Shown: one piece after another, positions 27,468 through 37,447 of the stretch | Numbering within the stretch: the first letter of the stretch is position 1 | Layout: every line of letters starts with the position of its first letter | Source of the DNA: an uncultured delta proteobacterium | Lineage (GTDB): Bacteria; Desulfobacterota; Binatia; DP-6 | Reading direction: 5' to 3' | Assembly: GCA_963815115.1 (NCBI GenBank) | Contig: CAWFFN010000008.1 | Span: forward strand, 160,001-224,000 | DNA: 64,000 nucleotides | Notes under the pieces: generated by a model | Seen by the model: the letters and a program-made list of their open reading frames with translations, nothing else | What the model was told of the DNA's origin: nothing | Databases searched by the model: none | Made by a program: the position numbers and the translations under genes

Positions 27468-27932
27468 TCAGCTGTCGAAGCCCTGATCGTGGCTGGGAGG
27501 GCGGGACCCCGACGGATCGGGGGCCGCCGGATCGTCACCCTCGTGGGGGGCAGCCAGCGGGGCCCCGGCGAAGGAGAACGACTCCTCGCCCTGGATCATC
27601 GACGGCGTCAGGAAGTACGTCCCGAACAGCGACGGATCCCAGATCGCCTCCGCCGTCTTCGTGTCGCCGCCCGTCAGGCCGAGGGCCAGGCCGCCCGTCA
27701 GCCCGCCGATGCCGGCGTATGCCAGCTTCGCGGGCACGTAGACGACGTTCGCCAGGCCCGTCAGCACGCCCCAGCCGACGGTCGACCAGGTGTCGCTCTC
27801 GCCCGCCGCGGCGGTCTCGCCCGGGGGGGTCGTCGACCAGCCTTCGGTCTCGTCCCCGGCCCGCACCGCGCCGGCCACCAGCAGGGTCCCGGCCCCGAGG
27901 GCCGCCACGGCCACCAACCTCCACCCCTTCAT
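27468..27932 (-). CDS. Hypothetical exported/membrane protein
   Basis: RBS gaggagg, signal peptide, Gly-rich hydrophobic core (VYVPAKLAYAGIGGLTGG). Confidence 0.7.
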   Translation of the reverse strand: MKGWRLVAVAALGAGTLLVAGAVRAGDETEGWSTTPPGETAAAGESDTWSTVGWGVLTGLANVVYVPAKLAYAGIGGLTGGLALGLTGGDTKTAEAIWDPSLFGTYFLTPSMIQGEESFSFAGAPLAAPHEGDDPAAPDPSGSRPPSHDQGFDS

Positions 27933-27992
27933 ACGTCCTCCTCGGGAGCCCGCGCTCCCCGGCAGACGTCTAACCCAAAGCCGCGAGCGGCG

Positions 27993-28727
27993 CTACTCGG
28001 TACGGACCACGGCCTCGGGCGGCAGGAGGCCCAGGAGGTGAGCCAGGGCACGCTCGACGTACTCCGGGTCCTTCGATTCGAGCGTCAGCTTCACGGCGTA
28101 CTCCGGGTTGGCGAGCTTCGGATACGAGCCCAGGAGCAGGTCGGGGAAGGCGGCCAGGGTGGAGTTGAGATGCTCCGCGATGGAGCCCTCTCCTTCCCGC
28201 GTGTAGACCACCCGCAGCGTGTACGGCGTGGCCGCGAAGCGCTCGCGCAGGGTCTCGAACTTCTGCTCGAAGAGCTCCGGGATGCCGGGCAGGATGTAGA
28301 AGTTCTCGCACTTGACGGTGGGAAAGCCGAGCCGCCCGTCGACCAGCAGCTCCGAGCCCTCGGGCACCTCGGCCATCTTGAGGCGCGCGTCGTTGACGTG
28401 CTCCTTGTAGAACTCGCGCAGCCGGCTCTCGATCGCGGGATGGCGGACGATGGGGCGTCCGAGTCCCCGCGCGATGCCCTCCATCGTGACGTCGTCGTGG
28501 GTCGGGCCGACGCCGCCGGAGGTGAAGACCACGTCGTAGCGCGGCCTGAACTCGCGCACGGCGGCCGCGATGTCGTCGATCTCGTCGGGGATGGTGAGGA
28601 TGCGCTTCAGGGTGACGCCGATGGCCCGCAGCTCGCGCGTCAGGAAGGGTGCGTTGGTGTCGACGACCTTGCCCGAGAGGATCTCGTTGCCGATGACGAT
28701 GATCGCTGCCAGCAGATCGCGCGGCAT
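27993..28727 (-). CDS. CinA-like molybdopterin-binding protein
   Basis: IGNEILSGKVVDTN, SGGVGPTHDDVT, LPGIP. Confidence 0.88.
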   Translation of the reverse strand: MPRDLLAAIIVIGNEILSGKVVDTNAPFLTRELRAIGVTLKRILTIPDEIDDIAAAVREFRPRYDVVFTSGGVGPTHDDVTMEGIARGLGRPIVRHPAIESRLREFYKEHVNDARLKMAEVPEGSELLVDGRLGFPTVKCENFYILPGIPELFEQKFETLRERFAATPYTLRVVYTREGEGSIAEHLNSTLAAFPDLLLGSYPKLANPEYAVKLTLESKDPEYVERALAHLLGLLPPEAVVRTE

Positions 28728-28736
28728 GGCCGGACT

Positions 28737-30390
28737 CTAGACCGAGATGGCGTCCTTGCGGAAGTCGCTGCGCCCGATCTTCACGTTGACCACCGCCGGC
28801 TTGCCGGCCGACAGGGCGCGCTCGAGCGCCGGGCGGATCCGGTCCGGCGTCTCCACCCACTCGCCATGGCCGCCGAGCGCCTCGATCATGAGATCGTAGC
28901 GGCTGTGGGTGAGCTTGCACGCCGGGGTGCGGTCGGGGCCGTACATCTGCTCCTGACCGCGCAGGATCTGCATCCACGCCGCGTCGTTGCCGATGACGCC
29001 GACGATGTTGATCTTCTGGCGGATGCAAGCCTCGAACTCCATCATGTTGAGCCCGAAGGCCCCGTCGCCGTACATGATGATCACGTCGCTCTTCGGGCTG
29101 GCGAGCTTCGCCGCCATGGCGTAGCCGGGCCCGGTGCCGAGCGTGCCGAGCGGCCCGGCGTCGAGCCAGTGGCCGAAGCCGCGCGGGCGCAGCACGTTGG
29201 CCGCCGAGCCGACGAAGTCGCCCCCGTCGCCGATCAGGATGGTGTCGGGAGTGACCAGCCTGTCGACCTCGGCGCACACCCGCAGCGGGTCGATCGGCAC
29301 CTGGTCGGAGGCGAGCTGCGGGCGGAGCTTCTCCCACTTTCCGGTCTCGAGCGCGCGGAGCTCCTCGAGCCACGCCCGCGACAGCACGGGACTCCACTTG
29401 GCGCCGCGCGCGCACCCGGTGAGCGCTTCCATGACCAGCCCGGTGTCGCCGATGATGCCGACGTCGCAGCCGCGGTTCTTGCCCAGCTCGCTTGCCGTCG
29501 AGGTCGACGTGGATCAGCTTGGCGGCGGGATTGATGTGCGAGCTGCGGCCGTAGCCGATGCGGAAGTCGAGCGGCGTACCGAAGATCATGACGACGTCGG
29601 CGCTGCTTGAGCGCGTCCTTGCGGGTCTGCGAGGAACCAGTGCGGATCGCCGGGGTCGAGGCTGCCGCGCGCCTGCCCGTTGACGTACACCGGCATGCCG
29701 AAGGTGCGCACGAACTCCGGATAGGCCTCGCGCCGGCGCGACCAGAAGAGCTGGCTTCCGACCAGGCAGACCGGGCGCTCGGCGCCGCGCAGCAGCTCGA
29801 AGGCCTTCTCGACGAAGCGCGGATCGGGCCCCACGCCCGCCTCGGTGCGGTAGTGGGCGGCTCACCACGACGTCGTCGTCGTTCACCGTGTCGAAGAGGA
29901 AGTCGAGCGGCATCTCCAGGAAGACCGGCCCCGGCACGTTGGTGGTGGCGACGCGGAAGGCCGTGGAGACGTACTCCGCCGAGGCGGCGGGCGCTCGGCA
30001 CCGACACGGCCCACTTGGTGATCGGGCCGCATCAGCTCGACGTGGTTCATGTCCTGCAGCCCGCCCATGTCCTGGAACAGGCGCGGCGCCTGGCCGCCGA
30101 TGATGACCATCGGGATGTTGGCGCGCCAGGCGCGTGGCGACGCCGGTCACCGCGTCGGTCAGCCCGGGACCGGCGGTCACCACGGCGACCCCGGGCTGCC
30201 CGGTGACCCGCGCCCAGCCGTCCGCGGCGTGCGCCGCCGTCTGCTCGTGGCGCACGTCGATCACGCCGATGCCCTCGTCGAGGCAGCCGTCGTAGATCGA
30301 CATCACGTGCCCGCCGCAGAGCGTGAAGATGAAGGGCACGCTCTCCTGCTTGAGCGCGCGCGCGACGATCCGTCCTCCGTGCATCGGCAT
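28737..30390 (-). CDS. Thiamine-diphosphate enzyme (acetolactate synthase-like / 2-hydroxyacyl-CoA lyase family); frameshifted
   Basis: FTLCGGH, DVRHEQTAAHAADG, TAGPG, WLDAGPLGTLG, GDGAFG..GND TPP motif. Confidence 0.85.
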
Positions 30391-30407
30391 GGGTCCCCCG
30401 CTCGGCT

Positions 30408-31421
30408 TCAGGAGCCGATCTCGATCTCCCTGATGTCGGGGATCTGCTCGCGCAGATAGGCGCCGAGACGCTTCTTGAGGCGCGCCTCGATCTGCCGAAC
30501 CCGCTCGCGGCTGATGCCGTACTCGTCGCCGATCTCCTGCAGCGTGACCGGCTCCTCGTCGCGCATCAACGCCTCGAGGCGTCGCTCGAAGATCACCAGA
30601 TCCTTCCCCGTGAGCGTCTTCTCGAACTCCACCGTCTTCTCGCGCACGAGGCGATGATACTCCTCATCGGCGACGGTCTCGGCAGTCTGCGTAGGGCCAG
30701 GCAGAAAATCAAGCAGCGTCGCGTCGCCGCCCTCGTCGAGCGGCGCGTCGACCGAGAGGTCGCGGCCCGCGAGGCGCTGCTCCATCTCGACGACTTCCTT
30801 CTCCTTCACGTCGAGGCGCTGGGCGATCAGCCGGGGCTCGGCGGTGAAGCCCTCGCGCTCGAGGCGCTCGCGCTCCTTCTGCAGGTTGAAGAACAGCTTG
30901 CGCTGCGCTTGCGTCGTGCCGAGCTTCACCATCCGCCAGTTGTTCATGATGTAGCGGATGATGTAGGCGCGCACCCACCACACCGCGTAGGACGGAAAGC
31001 GCACGCCGCGGTAGGGGTCGAAGTTCTTGACCGCCTCCAGGAGGCCGATGTTGCCCTCCTGCACCAGGTCGAGCAGGTTGTGCACGGCGCGCTGGTACTC
31101 GCGCGCGATCATCACGACGAGACGCAGGTTCGAGGTGACCAGACGCACCACCGCCGCGCGGTCCTGGTGCTCGTGCCAGCGCACCGCCAGGGCGTGCTCC
31201 TCCTCGCGCGAGAGCAGCGGGATGCGGCGGATCTCGGTGAGATAGCGCTGCAGCGTGTCGGCGGTGGGGACCGGCACCGCGGCGCCGGCGTCGGGCTCCT
31301 CGGCCGGCGCGTCGATCACCATCGGTTCGCCAGTGTCGCCGTCCGCCAGCACCTCGTCCGGCTCGACGGCCTCCTCGGGTTCGACGACCTGGGGCAGGCG
31401 GCTCTCGACGTCGTCCGCCAC
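30408..31421 (-). CDS. rpoH: RNA polymerase sigma factor, sigma-32 family
   Basis: NLRLVV, DLVQEGNIGL, RpoH box TTQAQRKLFFNL, TLQEIG..SRERVRQIE. Confidence 0.88.
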   Translation of the reverse strand: MADDVESRLPQVVEPEEAVEPDEVLADGDTGEPMVIDAPAEEPDAGAAVPVPTADTLQRYLTEIRRIPLLSREEEHALAVRWHEHQDRAAVVRLVTSNLRLVVMIAREYQRAVHNLLDLVQEGNIGLLEAVKNFDPYRGVRFPSYAVWWVRAYIIRYIMNNWRMVKLGTTQAQRKLFFNLQKERERLEREGFTAEPRLIAQRLDVKEKEVVEMEQRLAGRDLSVDAPLDEGGDATLLDFLPGPTQTAETVADEEYHRLVREKTVEFEKTLTGKDLVIFERRLEALMRDEEPVTLQEIGDEYGISRERVRQIEARLKKRLGAYLREQIPDIREIEIGS

Positions 31422-31428
31422 GGCTCTC

Positions 31429-32499
31429 CTACAGGCTCAGGTGCGCGCGCGGGTCTTCGCCGTAGGCACGCTCGAGCGCCGCGAGCGCATCGGCGAGCCG
31501 CTCTGCGCTGTCGGCGGGTGGCACCTGCACCATGAGGCGCGCGTAGAGATCGCCCGGCTCGCCGCCCTTCGGGTCGGGCGCGCCCTTGCCACGCAGGCGC
31601 AGGCGCTGCCCGCTCTGACTTCCCGCTGGGACCTTGAGCTGCACCCGGCCGTGCAGGGTCGGCACCGTGATGGTCGCACCGCGCACGGCCTCGGGGACCG
31701 TGATCGGCACCTCGATGGTGAGGTCCTTGCCGTCGCGCTGGATGAGCGGATGCGGCCGCACGCGGACGATGAAGTAGAGGTCGCCCGGCTTGCCGCCGTT
31801 GCGACCCACGCCGCCCTTCCCCGCCACCCGCACCCGCGATCCGTCGCCGACCCCGGCGGGAATCTTGACGCTGAGGCGCTCGCGGGTCTCGACGGTGCCG
31901 GTCCCCCCGCAGGTCGTACAGGCGCGCCGCCCCACGCGTCCGGTTCCCTTGCAGGTGGCGCACGGCGTCGGCCGCCGCACGCTGACCGAGGTGCGCGTAC
32001 CGCGGAGCGCGTCGAGCAGATCGACCTCGATGGGATGCTCGATGTCCTGGCCACCCTGGTGGCGCGTTTCCTCGGCCGCGCCGCCGAACATCTCGTTCAG
32101 GATGTCGGCGAATCCGCGGTCGTCGCCGCCGCGCTGCCGGCCGCCACCGAGCGACCCGAAGTCGAACTCGACCCCGGCGTCGCCGCCCCCCGCGCCGCGG
32201 CGGAAGGAGAAGCCGTGCCCGCTGTCGGCCCAGCGCTTGTACTCACGCGCGCGCGCCGGATCGAAGCCGGCTTGCAACCCTTCCATCCCGAACTCGTCGT
32301 AGAGGGCCCGCTTGTGCTCGTCGGACAGCACGTCGTTGGCGAGCGACAGGTCCTTGAAGCGCTCCTCGGCCTGCTTGTCCCCCTGGTTCACGTCCGGATG
32401 GAACTTGCGAGCCAGCTTGCGGTAGGCCTTGCGGATCTCGTCGGCCGAAGCGCCCTTGGAGAGCCCGAGGATGGCGTACAGATCTCGCTCTTGCGCCAT
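31429..32499 (-). CDS. DnaJ-class co-chaperone (J domain, partial Zn finger, C-terminal domain)
   Basis: YRKLARKFHPD, CATCKGTG/CTTCGGTG, GDLY. Confidence 0.9.
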   Translation of the reverse strand: MAQERDLYAILGLSKGASADEIRKAYRKLARKFHPDVNQGDKQAEERFKDLSLANDVLSDEHKRALYDEFGMEGLQAGFDPARAREYKRWADSGHGFSFRRGAGGGDAGVEFDFGSLGGGRQRGGDDRGFADILNEMFGGAAEETRHQGGQDIEHPIEVDLLDALRGTRTSVSVRRPTPCATCKGTGRVGRRACTTCGGTGTVETRERLSVKIPAGVGDGSRVRVAGKGGVGRNGGKPGDLYFIVRVRPHPLIQRDGKDLTIEVPITVPEAVRGATITVPTLHGRVQLKVPAGSQSGQRLRLRGKGAPDPKGGEPGDLYARLMVQVPPADSAERLADALAALERAYGEDPRAHLSL

Positions 32500-32519
32500 C
32501 GTCGGTCAGGCGAGACTGC

Positions 32520-32711
32520 TCACTCGCCGTACTGCAGTCGGACCTTCGTGTCGGCAACCTCGCGCAGCGCGGTGACGATCTCTTTGTTGTCCGACTCGAC
32601 GAGCGGACGAGCGCCCTTCAGCAGCTGCTTCGCCCGGCGGGCGGCGAGCAGCACCAGCTCGAAACGGTTGGGGACCTGCTCGAGGCAGTCCTCGACGGTG
32701 ATGCGTGCCAT
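32520..32711 (-). CDS. rpoZ: RNA polymerase omega subunit
   Basis: [31 protein letters not shown]. Confidence 0.95.
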   Translation of the reverse strand: MARITVEDCLEQVPNRFELVLLAARRAKQLLKGARPLVESDNKEIVTALREVADTKVRLQYGE

Positions 32712-32786
32712 GATCGGGACATTCCTAACCGAAAAGGCGAGGGAAGGGAACCGTCCGGAGGACGGCTCCCGGGGGCCGCCGAGACC

Positions 32787-33575
32787 TCAGGCGCCGTACG
32801 GCGGAAAGCCGGTGACGCCGAGTCCGGCGGTCAGGCCACCGTCGGCCACGATCGCGGCGCCCGTGATCGCCGACGACTCCTCGCTGGCGAGAAAGAGCGC
32901 CACGTTGGCGATCTCGTCGGGCCGGAGGCAGCGGCCCAGGGCGTGCTCCGCGGCCAGCTGGGCGCGCGGCTTGGGGGCGAACTGGCCGATGAAGTCGAGC
33001 AGCGGGGTCTCGACCGCACCGGGGCAGATGCAGTTCGCGCGGATGCTCTTGCGGCCGTACTCCACGGCGACCGTCCGCGTGAGGTTGATCACCGCCGCCT
33101 TGGCGGTCGCGTAGGGCGCCGCCATGATCTCGCCGAACAGCCCGTCGACCGACGAGGTCGTGATGATCGAGCCGCCGCCGCGGGCGAGCATCGCCGGGAT
33201 CGCCGCCCGCATGCCGTAGAAGACCCCGGTGAGCGAGACCTGGAGGCTGCGGTCCCACACCGCGGGATCGATGTCGGCAACGTAGCCCCCGCCCGTCCAC
33301 ACGGCGTTGTTGTGCATCACGTCGAGCCCGCCGAAACGCTTCACGGCGCAGGCGACCGCGGCCTCGAGATCGGCCAGCACGCCGACGTCGGTGCGCTGGA
33401 ACGCCGCCCTGCCGTTTCCCGCTTCGATCTCGGCCACCACGCGCGCGCCGCCGGCCTCGTCGATGTCGGCGCAGACGACGGCGGCGCCCTCGGCCGCGAA
33501 CCGGCGCAGCGTCGCCGCGCCGATGCCCGACGCGCCGCCGGTCACGATCGCCACCTTGCCTTCGAGTCGTGCCAT
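32787..33575 (-). CDS. SDR family oxidoreductase
   Basis: TGGASGIG, NNA, YATAK, NCICPG, ADGG. Confidence 0.9.
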   Translation of the reverse strand: MARLEGKVAIVTGGASGIGAATLRRFAAEGAAVVCADIDEAGGARVVAEIEAGNGRAAFQRTDVGVLADLEAAVACAVKRFGGLDVMHNNAVWTGGGYVADIDPAVWDRSLQVSLTGVFYGMRAAIPAMLARGGGSIITTSSVDGLFGEIMAAPYATAKAAVINLTRTVAVEYGRKSIRANCICPGAVETPLLDFIGQFAPKPRAQLAAEHALGRCLRPDEIANVALFLASEESSAITGAAIVADGGLTAGLGVTGFPPYGA

Positions 33576-33655
33576 CGGCGGTCGCATAGCGCACGCCCGC
33601 CGGGGAGTCACCAGCTTGACTTCCTGGGCATCGCCTCGATACGAGCCAGCGGCGC

Positions 33656-34111
33656 ATGGGACTGCTCTCGCGCCTGCTCGGCACCGCCGGACCTCGCGAC
33701 CTCCTCGCCGACCTCGTGGAAGCGTACCGGGCCGAGGCGGAGCAGGCGGCGCGGCTGCGCCAGCACGCCGAGCACGCGCGCTACGCGCAGGTGGCGACGG
33801 CACTGCGCGACCTCGCCGAGGTCGAGGATCGCCACGCCGGCTGGCTGCGCGACGCCATCCTCGCCCGCAATGGCGGCGTGCCCCCGGTGGCGCCGGCGCC
33901 GCCCGTGGCGCGCAATCAGTGGGAGCGCGCCGTGGGGTCGCGCCAGGAGGCGCAGCGCAAGCGGCGCCGGCTGGTCGAGCTCTTCGGGCGCTGGGATCCC
34001 GACGAGGTGGAGGCGGCCGACCTGCTGCGGCGGATCGAGCGCGAGGATGGCCAGACGATGGGGGCCTACGAGGAGCTCGTCATGCGCGCCGACCCGCACG
34101 CGCTCGGCTGA
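33656..34111 (+). CDS. Ferritin-like four-helix protein
   Basis: All-helical; E..EDRH motif in the first half, second ExxH degenerate (EREDG). Confidence 0.55.
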   Translation: MGLLSRLLGTAGPRDLLADLVEAYRAEAEQAARLRQHAEHARYAQVATALRDLAEVEDRHAGWLRDAILARNGGVPPVAPAPPVARNQWERAVGSRQEAQRKRRRLVELFGRWDPDEVEAADLLRRIEREDGQTMGAYEELVMRADPHALG

Positions 34112-34143
34112 TCGGCCGGCGCTGGCTCGGCCAGGCGCGCGCC

Positions 34144-34884
34144 TCAGTCGGACCGTGCGAGCCAGAGGAACACCTCGCGGTTCCCCTTCGGTCCCGGCAG
34201 CACGGAATCGGCCTCGCCGCGCGCCGTGAGGCCGAGCGCCTGCGCCGCCGCGCGCACGCGCGCCACCGCCGCCGCGCGCACCGCCGGCTCCCGCACGACG
34301 CCGCCCTTGCCCACCTGGCCGCGCCCGGCCTCGAACTGCGGCTTCACCAGCGCGATCACGGTCGCCGCCGGCCGCAGGACCGCCGCCACCGCCGGCAGGA
34401 CGATCGCGAGCGAGATGAAGGAGACGTCCACCGTGGCCAGGTCGGGAGCCTCCGGCAGCATGCTCGCCTCCAGGCGGCGCGCGTTGGTACGCTCCAGCAC
34501 CGTCACGCGAGCATCCTGGCGCAGCGCCCAGGCGAGCTGCCCGTAGCCGACGTCGAGCGCGAACACGCGCCGCACGCCACGCCGCAGCAGGCAGTCGGTG
34601 AAGCCGCCGGTCGACGCGCCCACGTCGAGCGCGACCTGGCCCGCGACCTCGAGACCGAAGGCGTCGAGGGCCCCGGCGAGCTTCTCGCCACCGCGGCTGA
34701 CGTAGTCCGACGCCGGCCTGCGCAGCCGCAGCGCCGCGTCCGCGGCCACCAGCGCGCCCGGCTTCGTCGCCGGCCGGTCCCCGACCAGGACCTCGCCCGC
34801 GAGGATCAGCCGCTGGGCTCGCTCCCGGCTCGGCGCGAGTCCGAGATCGACGAGCAGGCGATCGAGGCGGACGCCGGCTCCCAC
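34144..34884 (-). CDS. tlyA: TlyA family rRNA methyltransferase
   Basis: [46 protein letters not shown]. Confidence 0.93.
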   Translation of the reverse strand: MGAGVRLDRLLVDLGLAPSRERAQRLILAGEVLVGDRPATKPGALVAADAALRLRRPASDYVSRGGEKLAGALDAFGLEVAGQVALDVGASTGGFTDCLLRRGVRRVFALDVGYGQLAWALRQDARVTVLERTNARRLEASMLPEAPDLATVDVSFISLAIVLPAVAAVLRPAATVIALVKPQFEAGRGQVGKGGVVREPAVRAAAVARVRAAAQALGLTARGEADSVLPGPKGNREVFLWLARSD

Positions 34885-34893
34885 GGCACGCCC

Positions 34894-35794
34894 TCAGCCT
34901 GAGCGTGCCGACGGCGCCGGCTGGTCGAGCTGCGCCACCACCAGACATGCGATGGCGCGCAACGCCTCCGCCCGCGCACCGAGCGGCGCCAGGGCCGCCA
35001 GCGCGCGGTCGCGCGCCTGCTCGGCATGGCGTGCGCGCGCGGGCCATCCCGAGCACCGCCGGATAGGTGGCCTTGCCGAGCGCGGCGTCGGTGCGCCCGT
35101 CCCCGGCTTGCACCGCGTCCATGATGTCGTCGACGATCTGGAAGGACAGGCCGAGCTGCTCGCCGTACGTCGTGAGGCGGCGCACCAGCGGCGGGCGAGC
35201 GCCGCCCACCAGCGCGCCCACCCGTGCCGCGGCCGTGAACAGCGCGCCCGTCTTGCCACGATGGATGGCACGGATGCGCGCCAGCGTCGCGGGATGTCCC
35301 GCCGCGGCGAGATCGAGGGCCTGGCCGCCCACCATGCCGGCCTCGCCCGCGGCGCGGGCCAGCTCGCCGACGGCGGCGAGCGCGCGCCGAGGCGCCACGG
35401 TGGTCGCGGTGGTCATGAGGCCGAAGGCCTCGGTGAGGAGCGCGTCGCCCACCAGGATCGCGACGCCCTCGCCGAAGACGCGATGGCTGGTGGGGCGCCC
35501 GCGGCGCAGGTCGTCGTCGTCCATGGCGGGGAGATCGTCGTGCACCAGCGAGTAGGTGTGGACCAGCTCGAGGGCGCAGGCGAAGGGCATGACGGCGCGC
35601 ACCGACGCGCCCGCCACCTCTCCCGTGGCGAGTGCGAGGATCGGGCGTAGCCGCTTGCCGCCTCCCAGCAGGCTGTAGCGGATGGCCCGGCGCAGCGCCG
35701 GGCCGCGCGCCGGAAAGCGCCGCGCGAGCGCGCTCTCGACGAGCCGCCGCCGCGCGGCCAGGTAGCCGTGGAGGTCCAACTCACCTGGGCTCAC
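34894..35794 (-). CDS. ispA: Farnesyl-diphosphate synthase / geranyltranstransferase; frameshift near 35040
   Basis: [50 protein letters not shown]. Confidence 0.9.
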
Positions 35795-36037
35795 TCCTCC
35801 TCGTCCCGGAGCGGGCGGGTCAGCAGCGAGCCATCCGAGGTCGCGCAGCAATACCTCGACCCGCTGCGCGACGTCCTCGAGGCGAGCGGCGAGCAGCCGC
35901 ACGAGCGCCATGCCCCGTTCGAAGGCGGCCAGCGACTCCTCGAGCGGCAGCTCGCCCTGCTCGAGACGGCGCACGAGGGCCTCCAGCTCGGCCATCGACT
36001 CCTCGAACGGCGGGCGCTCCTCGCGCGGGTCGCTCAT
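35791..36037 (-). CDS. xseB: Exodeoxyribonuclease VII small subunit; frameshift near the 3' end
   Basis: FEESMAELEALVRRLEQGELPLEESLAAFERG; position after xseA. Confidence 0.9.
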
Positions 36038-36092
36038 CGCGGCTCCGTGAACGGCGGGCGCTCGTCACGCGGCTCGCTCATCGTGGCTCCGT
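36005..36092. repeat. 44-bp tandem duplication spanning the xseA stop / xseB start
   Basis: 36005-36048 vs 36049-36092, 4 mismatches. Confidence 0.85.
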
Positions 36093-37433
36093 GCGTTCCA
36101 CCCGGCCGATGGCGCGGCCGCGGGAGAGCACCAGCGCGACGGCGTCGCCCGGTTTGAGGGCCGCCGCATCCCGCACCACTGGGCCGTCCGGGCCACCATG
36201 GCGGACGATGGCGTACCCGCGTTCGAGGCAGGCGAGCGGGGAAAGTGCCGTCAGAGCGCGCTCGGTGCGCTGGAGCGGTCGCGCGCGCTTCCGCCAGACG
36301 CGCGGCGACGCCGACCTGCAGGCGCTCGCTGGCGACCGCCAGCCGTCCCCGCGCGGCGTCCACGCGAGCGGTCGGCCCATTCCCCTCGAGCCGACGCGCG
36401 AGCATCGCCAGCTCGCGGCGCTCCCAGGCGACACGCCGTCTCAGCGAGCGCTCGAGGCGCTGGGCGAGGTCGTCGAGGCGCACGCGGAGATCGTCGAGCC
36501 GGCGCTGCGGGCCGGAAAGACGGCTCGCACAGGAGACCACGCGCTGACGCGCCTCCCGCACCCGGCGCCCCAGCCCGGCCACCAGCTTGCCGCGCAGCCC
36601 GGCGACCTCCGCCAGCAGGCGCGTACGCTCCGGCACGACGGCGGACGCTGCGGCGGTCGGCGTCGGCGGCGCGCAGGTCGGCCACGAAGTCGGCGATCGT
36701 GAAGTCGATCTCGTGCCCAACCCCGCTCACCACGGGCACGCGCGACGCGGCGATGGCGCGCGCCACCACCTCCTCGTTGAACGCCCACAGGTCCTCGAGC
36801 GACCCGCCGCCGCGGCCCACGATGAGCACGTCGACCGCGCCGAACGCGGTTCAGCTCCGCGATCGCCGCCGCGATGTCCTTGCGCCGCACCGGCGCCCTG
36901 CACGACGCACGGGACGCACGATCACGCGCGCCGCGGGCCAGCGCCGGCGGAGCGTGGTCAGCATGTCGTGCACCGCGGCGCCGGCGAGCGCCGTGACGAT
37001 GCCGATGGTGCGCGGAAACGACGGCAATGGCCGCTTGCGTGCCGGATCGAACAGCCCCTCGGCGTCGAGCCGGTCCTTCAGCTGCTCGAACGCCAGGCGC
37101 AGCGCGCCGAGCCCGCGCGGCTCCAGGTGGTCGACGATGAGCTGGAGCGCGCCGCGTGGAGGATAGAAGCCGATGCGCGCGCGCGCGACGACCTCGAGCC
37201 CATCGGTGGGGTCGAACGGCAGCGTCTGGGCAGCCGCTGCGGAAGAGCACCGCCGCGAGCTGGCTGAGATGGTCCTTGATGGCGAAGTAGACATGGCCGG
37301 AGGACGCCCGTCGCACGACGACAGCTCCCCCGCGACCCAGACCGCGCCCACCGACTCGGTCGAGGGCGTCCCGGATGGCGCCGGCGAGCTCCGTCACGGT
37401 CAGGATGCGCGGCCGGACGGGCGAGCCGAGCAT
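36078..37433 (-). CDS. xseA: Exodeoxyribonuclease VII large subunit; several frameshifts
   Basis: [76 protein letters not shown]. Confidence 0.9.
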
Positions 37434-37447
37434 CGGGCGCTCGCCGC

